Below are positions 1 through 7,464 of a DNA stretch of 28,709 bases, piece after piece. Origin of the DNA: a virus (Duplodnaviria; Caudoviricetes); IMG/VR virus record IMGVR_UViG_3300017707_000173, positions 1 to 28,709 of that record. One strand, written 5' to 3'. A program made the translations under genes and the position numbers. The notes beneath the pieces were generated by a model, which was not told the origin of the DNA, did not search any database, and saw only the letters and a list, made by a program, of their open reading frames with translations. The number at the start of each line of letters is the position of its first letter. Position 1 is the first letter of the stretch.

Positions 1-1
1 A

Positions 2-1267
2 GGTGTAGTCGGTAACGAGTTCCAAGTTGACGGGCGTATTTTCATATCAGGCATCGTGCGTAACGCTAAAGATGCCCAGCGGATGTATAACTACTGGACA
101 AGCCAAGAAGCTGAAATGCTAGCGCTTGCCCCCAAAGCACCGTTTATTGGCTACGGCGGTCAGTTTGAGGGCTATGAGTACCAGTGGAAGACGGCTAATA
201 CGCAAAACTGGCCGTATTTAGAGGTCAATCCAGACGTTACAGACGGCGCAGGATCGATTTTGCCGTTGCCTCAGCGTGCTGCACCGCCCTTACCGCAAAC
301 CGGCCTCATACAGGCCAAAATGGGCGCGTCTGAAGACATCAAAGCTACCACAGGCCAGTACGATGCAAGTTTGGGCCAAGTGTCAAACGAGCGTTCTGGA
401 CGTGCTATTTTAGCTAGACAGAAAGAATCTGACAACGGTACGTATCACTATGTAGATAATTTAGCGCGTGCTGTGCGCTACGTGACGCGTCAACTGGTGG
501 ACTTGATACCTAAAATCTACGATACACAGCGTATTGCTAGGATTGTTGGTATTGATGGTGAGACCAACATGGTCAAAATCGACCCAACCCAACAAGAGCC
601 GGTCAAAAAGATTGTAGACCAGACGGGCGTGGTGATTGATAAGATTTACAACCCTTCCGTTGGCCGTTACGACGTGGTGGTGACCACTGGACCAAGCTAC
701 ATGACCAAGCGCCAAGAGTCAATGGACGCCATGTCGCAGATTTTGCAGGGCAACCCCAATTTGTGGGCTGTTGCAGGCGATTTGTTTGTTAAAAACATGG
801 ATTGGCCTGGTGCTCAAGAGATGGCGGCACGTCTTCGCAAGACCATCGATCCTCAACTGCTGGCTGATCAAGACAACGATCCAGCGCTGCAAGCAGCTCA
901 AAAGCAAATTGAAGCAATGGGCATGGAAATGCAGCAAATGCACGATATGCTAATGAACGTCAATCAATCGATTGAGGCTAGAGACGTACAAGTACGTGAG
1001 TTTGAGGCTAAAATCAAGGCGTTTGATGCTGAAACTAAGCGTATTTCAGCCACAATGCCTGGTATGACAATGGAGCAAATTCAAGATATTGTGATGGGTA
1101 CGATTGCTGCGGCGCACGATGCAGGGGATTTGATACCACCTCAGCAAATGCAAGGCCCAATTATGGAAGAACCTGAGGGTATGGGTCGAGAAGCAGAGAT
1201 TATGGCCCGTCAGGAAGAAGCGCAACAAGCCAGACCTATGCCTAACGTCGTACCTCAGGAGGGTTGA
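2..1267 (+). CDS. P22-like portal protein, 5'-truncated by the window edge
   Basis: The frame is open from base 2 (GVVGNEFQVDGRIFISGIVRNAKDAQRMYNYW), so the GTG at 56 is not the true start. Motifs AKDAQRMYNY, SGRAILARQ, LIPKIYDTQRIARI and GRYDVVVTTGPSYMTKRQE plus a Q/M-rich helical C-terminus match P22 gp1-type portals. It lies upstream of the scaffold and coat genes. Confidence 0.92.
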   Translation, partial: GVVGNEFQVDGRIFISGIVRNAKDAQRMYNYWTSQEAEMLALAPKAPFIGYGGQFEGYEYQWKTANTQNWPYLEVNPDVTDGAGSILPLPQRAAPPLPQTGLIQAKMGASEDIKATTGQYDASLGQVSNERSGRAILARQKESDNGTYHYVDNLARAVRYVTRQLVDLIPKIYDTQRIARIVGIDGETNMVKIDPTQQEPVKKIVDQTGVVIDKIYNPSVGRYDVVVTTGPSYMTKRQESMDAMSQILQGNPNLWAVAGDLFVKNMDWPGAQEMAARLRKTIDPQLLADQDNDPALQAAQKQIEAMGMEMQQMHDMLMNVNQSIEARDVQVREFEAKIKAFDAETKRISATMPGMTMEQIQDIVMGTIAAAHDAGDLIPPQQMQGPIMEEPEGMGREAEIMARQEEAQQARPMPNVVPQEG

Positions 1268-1269
1268 GC

Positions 1270-1632
1270 ATGAAATGTGCTGATTTTGTAGGTATGTTGT
1301 TTTTGGCACGAGATGTTGCCCATTCTGTGCACCTAAACACTCGCAGTTTTAGTAAGCACATGGCGCTTAACACGTTTTACGATGAAATTATCGATTTAGC
1401 CGATAAATTTGCGGAGGCTTATCAAGGACGACATGGCTTGATTGGGCCTATTTCATTGATGAGTGCGAGCAAAACCTCTAATATCTTAGCTTTCATGCAA
1501 GATCAGGTTGATGAAATTGAAAAAATCAGGTATGAAGTGTGTGATAAAGCAGAGACTCCGCTGCAAAACATTATCGACGAAATTGTAGGCTTGTATTTAA
1601 GTACAATCTACAAACTTAAATTTCTTGCTTAA
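1270..1632 (+). CDS. Dps/ferritin-like four-helix-bundle protein (DUF5856-like)
   Basis: ATG at 1270 is preferred over TTG 1264. AHSVHLNTRSFSKHMALNTFYDEIIDLADKFAE resembles the Dps ferroxidase pattern H-W-N...H...Y...D-x3-E, and the protein looks all-helical. Confidence 0.65.
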   Translation: MKCADFVGMLFLARDVAHSVHLNTRSFSKHMALNTFYDEIIDLADKFAEAYQGRHGLIGPISLMSASKTSNILAFMQDQVDEIEKIRYEVCDKAETPLQNIIDEIVGLYLSTIYKLKFLA

Positions 1633-1641
1633 GGAACCAAG

Positions 1642-2205
1642 ATGGAAAAAGCTAAAGCTAATGATGTTACGGCAAGCGGATTGATTGCTCGCCCCGGTTC
1701 AGCAGAGTCTGCCCGTGCTATGGGTAAATTTACGTTTGAGTGCTATGACAAAGATGGCAAGCTCAAGTGGACTGCGGAATCCAAGAATCTTGTAGTTAAC
1801 GTTGGTCTTCAGTATATGGCTGGCACGGCACTTGATGGCGCTACCGCAAGGATTACTTCTTGGTATATTGGTCTTTACGGTGCAGGTGCTTCTAACACGC
1901 CAGCAGCTTCCGATACGCTGGCTTCACACGCTGGTTGGACTGAAATTACACCCTATTCAGGTAATCGCCCTGCCGCTACGTTTGCTGCGGCAACCACAGC
2001 TAACCCTTCAGTTGTTACAAACTCGGCAAGTAAGGCTTCGTACAGCATCACAAGTACAGCTACAGTTGGTGGTGCGTTTTTAGCAAGTGCTGCTTCGGGC
2101 ACATCGGGCACGCTGTTTTCAGCTTCTGATTTCACTGGCGGTGATCGCTCGGTCGTTAACGGTGACACCTTGCAAGTAACTTACACCTTTAGCTTGGCTG
2201 CATAA
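1642..2205 (+). CDS. Putative virion structural protein (beta-rich, tail-collar/fibre-subunit-like)
   Basis: SD AAGGA upstream. 187 aa, Ala/Ser/Thr-rich, with pattern NLVVNVG..YIGL..DT..E..R..GAFL..GTLF..RSVVNGDTLQVTY seen in phage structural proteins. The stop overlaps the next start (TAATG). Confidence 0.6.
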   Translation: MEKAKANDVTASGLIARPGSAESARAMGKFTFECYDKDGKLKWTAESKNLVVNVGLQYMAGTALDGATARITSWYIGLYGAGASNTPAASDTLASHAGWTEITPYSGNRPAATFAAATTANPSVVTNSASKASYSITSTATVGGAFLASAASGTSGTLFSASDFTGGDRSVVNGDTLQVTYTFSLAA

Positions 2206-3830
2206 TGGCTTTTGTTGTCGCGGACCGAGTACAAGAAACTACAACTAGCACCGGCACAGGAACAATAACTTTAGCTGGTGCAGTTACAGGGTTTCAATCA
2301 TTTGCTGCTGTAGGTAACGGCAATAATACTTTTTACACTATTGCAGACCAGTCTGGGTCCAACTGGGAAGTTGGTATAGGTACCTACACGTCTTCTGGTA
2401 CTACACTATCAAGAGACACGGTGTTGTCGTCAAGTAATTCAGGCAGCTTAGTTAATTTTAGCGCGGGTACAAAAAATGTTTTTGTTACCCAACCATCTTC
2501 AAGATCAGCTTACGCAGCAACAGTACCAAGTAATGGGCAACTGTTAATTGGTAACGGCTCCGGTTTTAGCCTTGCAACACTTACTGCCGGATCAGGTATA
2601 TCAGTAAGTAATTCTTCTGGCGGCATAACTATAACAAACACGGGTGGCGGTGGTCTTACTTGGCAGTCTGTACAAACCACAGGATTTACAGCTGTAGCCG
2701 GTAATGCTTATCCGTGTAATACAACATCTGCAGCGTTTACGGTGACGCTACCTGCTAGCCCAGCGGCAGGGAATGTCATCACGCTGACAGATTATGCGGG
2801 GACGTTTGGGACAAACCCACTGACCATCAACCCGAACGGCGGGAAGATTAGGGGGTCTACAGCAAACACAACAATTGGCGTTAATAACAATTCAGTGCAA
2901 CTTGTTTATGTTGATTCAACGAAAGGATGGCTTGTTTACAGTGCTGTTACTGCGACCCCATTTCTTCCACCGCCAACTTCAATTGATTATTTAGTTATTG
3001 GAGGCGGCGGGGGCGGTGGTAATGGTGGCCCTATAAGCAACGCCGGTGGTGGTGGCGCAGGTGGTTTCAGATCCGCAACAAGTGTGTCAATTACATCGGG
3101 TGTTACTTACACAATCGTAGTAGGAGGGGGCGGTGCGGCCCAAACAACTGGCACTGATTCTTCTATTGCTGGTTCACCTATTACGGAAAGTCCATCCGGT
3201 GCGGGAGCTAATACTTATAAAGCATATGGGGGTGGTAGGGGTGGTGGCGCATTGCCAAATAATGCTGGGGCAAATGGAGGTTCAGGAGGCGGCGGCGCGG
3301 GTGGCCCTATCAGCGCCGGTGGTCTAGGAAATACGCCTAGTACATCACCAGCACAAGGAAGCAACGGGGGGGCTTCAACACAAGCTCCTAATTATGGTGG
3401 CGGCGGTGGCGGAGGTGCGGGCGGTGCGGGGTCAGCAGGTTCTTCTCCTGGTACTGGTAATGGCGGGTTAGCTAGTACAAGTGCAATAAGTGGTTCTACA
3501 GTTTATTATGCCGGTGGTGGCGGTGGCGTATCAGATGTTGATTCTGGACTTGGTGGAGGAACTGCCACTACATCACAAAAAGGCGGCGCTGGTAATGGAG
3601 GTCGAGGTGTTGCTGGAGGTGCTGGAACTGCAAATACAGGCGGTGGAGGTGGTGGCGGTAGTGGTGGAGGTGGTGGTAGCTTCCCTGGAGGTGCAGGCGG
3701 ATCGGGTGTTGTGATTATTTCTTATGGTGATACTTTTGCGCCAGCCACAACAACAGGATCGCCAACAATGACCATAAGCGGTGGGAAACGTATTTACACA
3801 TTCACCGGCAACGGCTCCATCACATTCTGA
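2205..3830 (+). CDS. Glycine-rich fibre/adhesin-like virion protein
   Basis: N-terminal DRVQETTTSTGTGTITL domain, then a fibre module NGQLLIGNG and a CNTTSAAFTVTLPASP domain. The C-terminal domain runs from YLVIGGGGGGG to GGSGVVIISY with many G-rich motifs (polyglycine-II type). Confidence 0.75.
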   Translation: MAFVVADRVQETTTSTGTGTITLAGAVTGFQSFAAVGNGNNTFYTIADQSGSNWEVGIGTYTSSGTTLSRDTVLSSSNSGSLVNFSAGTKNVFVTQPSSRSAYAATVPSNGQLLIGNGSGFSLATLTAGSGISVSNSSGGITITNTGGGGLTWQSVQTTGFTAVAGNAYPCNTTSAAFTVTLPASPAAGNVITLTDYAGTFGTNPLTINPNGGKIRGSTANTTIGVNNNSVQLVYVDSTKGWLVYSAVTATPFLPPPTSIDYLVIGGGGGGGNGGPISNAGGGGAGGFRSATSVSITSGVTYTIVVGGGGAAQTTGTDSSIAGSPITESPSGAGANTYKAYGGGRGGGALPNNAGANGGSGGGGAGGPISAGGLGNTPSTSPAQGSNGGASTQAPNYGGGGGGGAGGAGSAGSSPGTGNGGLASTSAISGSTVYYAGGGGGVSDVDSGLGGGTATTSQKGGAGNGGRGVAGGAGTANTGGGGGGGSGGGGGSFPGGAGGSGVVIISYGDTFAPATTTGSPTMTISGGKRIYTFTGNGSITF

Positions 3831-3831
3831 A

Positions 3832-4422
3832 ATGAACATTCATAATTTGTTTCCGCTGCCTGTCGCGTTTTTTAATCGTCCGGTGACTGACGAAGAAGTT
3901 GTATTTGTCAAAAGCTTAGAGACACGAGCCAATATGGGCAATACAACTTCAACAAACAACTTCGTGCTTAAGAGCATGACACCGTTGCGGTCATGGATTG
4001 AGGATTGTGTTTCGGATTACTTTAAGGCTACGACTGCACCAAAGCACAACGTAAACCTAAAGATCACACAGTCTTGGGTGAATTACAGCGAGCCTGGGCA
4101 ATACCACCACAAACACGCGCATCCTAATTCGTTTGTTTCTGGGGTTTACTACCTCCAGACCAATCCTGATGACAGGATTTACTTCTACAAAGATCAATAT
4201 CAGCAGATAAAATTCCCAGCAGATGATTGGAACGCGTACAACTCTGAGTCTTGGTGGTTTGAAGCCGAGGCAGGCAAGCTGATCCTGTTTCCTTCATCAC
4301 TTACGCACATGGTTCCTACAGTGCAAGGTGATGTCACGAGAATCAGTCTTTCATTTAATACGTTTCCGGTTGGAATTGTTGGCGAAGAGATGGATTTAAC
4401 CGGATTGAAGTTGGAGGCGTAA
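3832..4422 (+). CDS. Fe(II)/2-oxoglutarate-dependent oxygenase (TIGR02466-like)
   Basis: ATG at 3832 follows the previous stop by one base. Motifs SWVN..HKHAHPNSFVSGVYY, GKLILFPSSLTHMV and RISLSFN give an H-x-H...H metal triad and an R-x-S 2OG-binding motif. Confidence 0.88.
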   Translation: MNIHNLFPLPVAFFNRPVTDEEVVFVKSLETRANMGNTTSTNNFVLKSMTPLRSWIEDCVSDYFKATTAPKHNVNLKITQSWVNYSEPGQYHHKHAHPNSFVSGVYYLQTNPDDRIYFYKDQYQQIKFPADDWNAYNSESWWFEAEAGKLILFPSSLTHMVPTVQGDVTRISLSFNTFPVGIVGEEMDLTGLKLEA

Positions 4423-4787
4423 TGGCGCACTTTGCAAAGCTAGATCAAAACAACGTGGTGCTTGAAGTCCACGTTGTTCACAACAACGAACTGCTAGACC
4501 AAAACGGTGTTGAGCAAGAATGGAAAGGTGCATGGTTCTTGCAAAACTGGTCAGGTGGCTATCCATATTGGAAGCAAACAAGCTACAACGGCAACTTCCG
4601 CAAAAACTACGCAGGCATTGGCTACAGCTACGACCCACAACGTGACGCGTTTATCCCGCCCAAGCCTTATCCATCTTGGATACTGAACGAACAAACCTGC
4701 TTATGGGAGCCTCCTGTAGCGATGCCAGATGACGGCAATCGGTATCAGTGGGATGAAGCAACAACAAGTTGGGTTTTAGCAGAGTAG
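4422..4787 (+). CDS. Hypothetical Trp/Tyr-rich protein, possible fibre-associated or assembly factor
   Basis: TAATG overlap with the oxygenase and SD GGAGG. Sequence MAHFAKLD..WKQTSYN..RKNYAGIG..DAFIPPKPYPSW..YQWDEATTSW. Function is inferred from context only. Confidence 0.6.
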   Translation: MAHFAKLDQNNVVLEVHVVHNNELLDQNGVEQEWKGAWFLQNWSGGYPYWKQTSYNGNFRKNYAGIGYSYDPQRDAFIPPKPYPSWILNEQTCLWEPPVAMPDDGNRYQWDEATTSWVLAE

Positions 4788-4791
4788 TAAT

Positions 4792-5751
4792 GTGTACGGT
4801 TTTAGCGCATACGCTCAGACACCTTATGCGAGTACCGCAGGCCCAGTAACGCCAAGTATTGATGGTGCAGTTAGCGAAACTGCCACCGCAACTGATGCAA
4901 TTAGTTCTGATTTAGCCTATCAATCGGCAGTAGCTGAAACTGCCACCGCAACTGACTCGTTAAGTACAACCCTTACTGCACTGGCAGTAGTAGTTGAAAC
5001 AGCTACTGGCACAGATGACATAAGCTCAATTGCTACGTTTAACGCCGCTACAACAGAAACATCAACAATTTCAGATAATTTATCATCTGGTTTAACAACA
5101 CAAAATCTTCTATCTGAATCGGCAACAGCATCTGACGATATTGATTCCTTAATATCTCAACAAGCATCTGTCAATGAATCAGCAACCGGCACAGACAGTT
5201 CAGATGTTTTATTACCTATAGACGCAGTAATTGTAGAGTCAGCCACTTCATCTGACGCGATTAACTCCATTATTTTCATCGGTGGCGTTATAGCTGAATT
5301 TGCAACAGCTACCGATAGCATTTCAACAACTCATATTTTAGTAGCATCTGTTGTTGAATCTAGTCAAAGTTCAGATGTAGTGTCGGTAAGTATTGACGGC
5401 AGCGGAAATATCCAAGAAAACGCTACAGCTACTGATGAAACTTCACGCGCTCAAGAACAAATTGGCAACATTAGTGAATTTGCCGCTGTTTTTGATGATT
5501 TCGATGCTTTGCAAGCCTACGAATCGTTTATCTCAGAGCTTGCAACTGGATCAGATCAACTTGCTACGTTAGCAAATTTTCAATCTTTTATTAATGAACT
5601 AATTAATGCTACAGATCAAGTTTCTATACCTGAGACATTGCAAGGTCTTATCAATGAGACAGCTACAGCTATAGATCAATTTGGTACGCTAGATGGGGCT
5701 GAACAGCTAATTATTAGGCTAAGATCGTTTACTGAACGAAGGAGATTTTGA
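4792..5751 (+). CDS. Acidic tandem-repeat protein (14 x 20 aa), putative virion appendage component
   Basis: GTG start MYGFSAYAQTPYAS. E-x5-D recurs every 60 nt, the protein has no Lys, Cys or Trp, and it ends in a basic tail IIRLRSFTERRRF. Confidence 0.75.
   Translation: MYGFSAYAQTPYASTAGPVTPSIDGAVSETATATDAISSDLAYQSAVAETATATDSLSTTLTALAVVVETATGTDDISSIATFNAATTETSTISDNLSSGLTTQNLLSESATASDDIDSLISQQASVNESATGTDSSDVLLPIDAVIVESATSSDAINSIIFIGGVIAEFATATDSISTTHILVASVVESSQSSDVVSVSIDGSGNIQENATATDETSRAQEQIGNISEFAAVFDDFDALQAYESFISELATGSDQLATLANFQSFINELINATDQVSIPETLQGLINETATAIDQFGTLDGAEQLIIRLRSFTERRRF
4861..5700 (+). repeat. Degenerate 60-bp coding tandem repeat, 14 units
   Basis: A Glu codon falls at the same offset every 60 nt from 4876 to 5656. 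The exact 20-mer gaaactgccaccgcaactga occurs at 4876 and 4936. Confidence 0.9.
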
Positions 5752-6056
5752 TGGCAATCAATCTTAAGGCAATCACATCGGTACTTGGTTACCAGCAGAT
5801 CACCAGTTTAAGTTCTGCTACTGCGTTAACCGTACCTCAAAAAGACATAGCAGGCTTGGCGGGTTCGCCTCGTATTGCTATTATTACTCCAGAAGGGCAG
5901 GCTGTTCGTTGGCGAGATGATGGTGTGAACCCCACCTCAACAGTGGGTATGCCTTTAGCAGTTGGTGTTACGTTGCAATACGACGGCGACATCAACCAAA
6001 TTAAGTTCATTGAGCAATCTGCTGGCGCTAAGTTAAACATCACTTACTACTCTTAA
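5751..6056 (+). CDS. Small beta-rich hypothetical protein, probably virion-associated
   Basis: ATG at 5751 overlaps the previous stop (TGATG), SD AAGGAG. Pattern QAVRWRDDGVNPTSTVGMPL..IKFIE..LNITYY. Confidence 0.6.
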   Translation: MAINLKAITSVLGYQQITSLSSATALTVPQKDIAGLAGSPRIAIITPEGQAVRWRDDGVNPTSTVGMPLAVGVTLQYDGDINQIKFIEQSAGAKLNITYYS

Positions 6057-6066
6057 TGAGGTCAGC

Positions 6067-6576
6067 ATGAACATTTCTAATGATGCCCCAATGATGAATT
6101 ATGTGGATTATTTCACTAAACAGTTTCCTAAAGATTTGGCTGAAATGGCTGTTTTGCGTGATGAATTAGCTACTCGTCAAGGCGCGTTAACCGCTGCCGA
6201 AGACGCTGTTGCAGATCGTAAAAAAGCAGCGCAAGAGCTTGAAGCGGCTAAAAAAGAAGCCGAAGCTATACGTGCCGATGCAAAATATGATCAAGAAGCT
6301 GCTAAACGGGTTGTAGATGAAGCAATTGAAAAAGCCCAAAAGATTAAAGATGAAATGGCGGCGTTGATTAACGACACAAACGCTCGTGAAAAAGCAGTCG
6401 CCGCCCGCGAAAAAATTGTTACGGCAAAGGAAAAAACGTTAGAAAGCAGCGAGTTTGAGTTAGTTGCCGCTCAAAAAGCGTTAGCAAATGACCGAGAAGC
6501 ACTAAAGAATGAAACCACTGCTTTAGAAATACGCGTTAAAAATTTCCAAGCTAAAGTTGCAGCGTTGACAGCTTAG
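6067..6576 (+). CDS. Coiled-coil protein of unknown function
   Basis: SD GAGG. A/E/K-rich, heptad-like sequence over most of its 169 aa. Confidence 0.7.
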   Translation: MNISNDAPMMNYVDYFTKQFPKDLAEMAVLRDELATRQGALTAAEDAVADRKKAAQELEAAKKEAEAIRADAKYDQEAAKRVVDEAIEKAQKIKDEMAALINDTNAREKAVAAREKIVTAKEKTLESSEFELVAAQKALANDREALKNETTALEIRVKNFQAKVAALTA

Positions 6577-6605
6577 TTGCCACATTAACTTCTGTAAGAT
6601 ATGAT
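6577..6605 (+). promoter_or_regulatory. Sigma70-type promoter upstream of scaffold and coat genes
   Basis: TTGCCA (6577-6582), 17-bp spacer, TATGAT (6600-6605), in one of the few intergenic gaps. Confidence 0.65.
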
Positions 6606-6652
6606 GTTTTAACTGTACCGGCCCAGTAGACCGGGACTCTAACGAGTAAGTC

Positions 6653-7444
6653 ATGAGCGACGAAAGTCAAACCTTAGCGGAAGTAGAATCCGCGCCAGCA
6701 CCCGAGGTGACGGCCACCACGGAGATTGCACAAAATGCGCCGGAGGTCGCTGAACAAGCGCCAGAACAGACTGAGGAAAAGCGTTTTACCCAGGCTGAAC
6801 TTGACGCGATGATCAGCAAACGCCTTGCAAGAGAGCAACGCAAGTGGGAACGAGAACAAAAGCTGCGGGCATCAACGCCCGATATGCCGTCTGGTGATCT
6901 ACCCGCGCAAGATAGTTTTGCTTCGACTGAGGAATACGCGGAAGCGTTAGCCGAAAGAAAAGCTGCCGAACTACTTGCTCGACGGGATGCAGAAAGACAG
7001 CGAGCCGAAATTCTTGAGGTCTATCACGAGCGCGAAGAAGAAGCACGAACTAAGTACGAAGATTTTGAACAGGTCGCGTACAACCCTCGTCTTCCGATTA
7101 CGTCAGTGATGGCCGAAACGATCCAAGCGTCTGATATTGGCCCCGAGGTGGCTTACTACCTTGGTTCTAATCCAAAAGAAGCTGATCGTATTGCCAAGTT
7201 GTCACCTTTTTTGCAGGCAAAAGAGATTGGGAAGATTGAAGCTAAACTAAGTGAAAATCCTCCTGTTAAGAAATCGTCGAGTGCCCCAGCGCCGATTCAG
7301 CCCGTCACTCCTCGGGGTGGCAACGCAAGAGTTTTAGACACGACTGACCCGCGTTCAATTAAGGAAATGTCAACGTCAGAGTGGATTGAAGCCGAGCGTC
7401 AAAGGCAGATTAAGAAGTGGGAAGCTCAAAACCGAGTCCGCTAA
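6653..7444 (+). CDS. Capsid scaffolding protein
   Basis: Acidic disordered N-terminus, FTQAELDAMISKRLAREQRK helix, GPEVAYYLGSNPKEA..I..L and SAPAPIQPV motifs, basic C-terminal helix. It lies directly upstream of the coat gene. Confidence 0.85.
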   Translation: MSDESQTLAEVESAPAPEVTATTEIAQNAPEVAEQAPEQTEEKRFTQAELDAMISKRLAREQRKWEREQKLRASTPDMPSGDLPAQDSFASTEEYAEALAERKAAELLARRDAERQRAEILEVYHEREEEARTKYEDFEQVAYNPRLPITSVMAETIQASDIGPEVAYYLGSNPKEADRIAKLSPFLQAKEIGKIEAKLSENPPVKKSSSAPAPIQPVTPRGGNARVLDTTDPRSIKEMSTSEWIEAERQRQIKKWEAQNRVR

Positions 7445-7464
7445 TTTTTTGAAAAGGAATTGTC

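Noticed and set aside
3366-3372. G7 run as a phase-variation or frameshift site
   Set aside because: It is explained by consecutive Gly codons in a Gly-rich domain, and the frame is intact.
4861-5700. 60-bp periodic repeat as a CRISPR or mini-array
   Set aside because: Units are degenerate at synonymous positions, stay in frame within a CDS, and lack constant repeat plus unique spacer structure.
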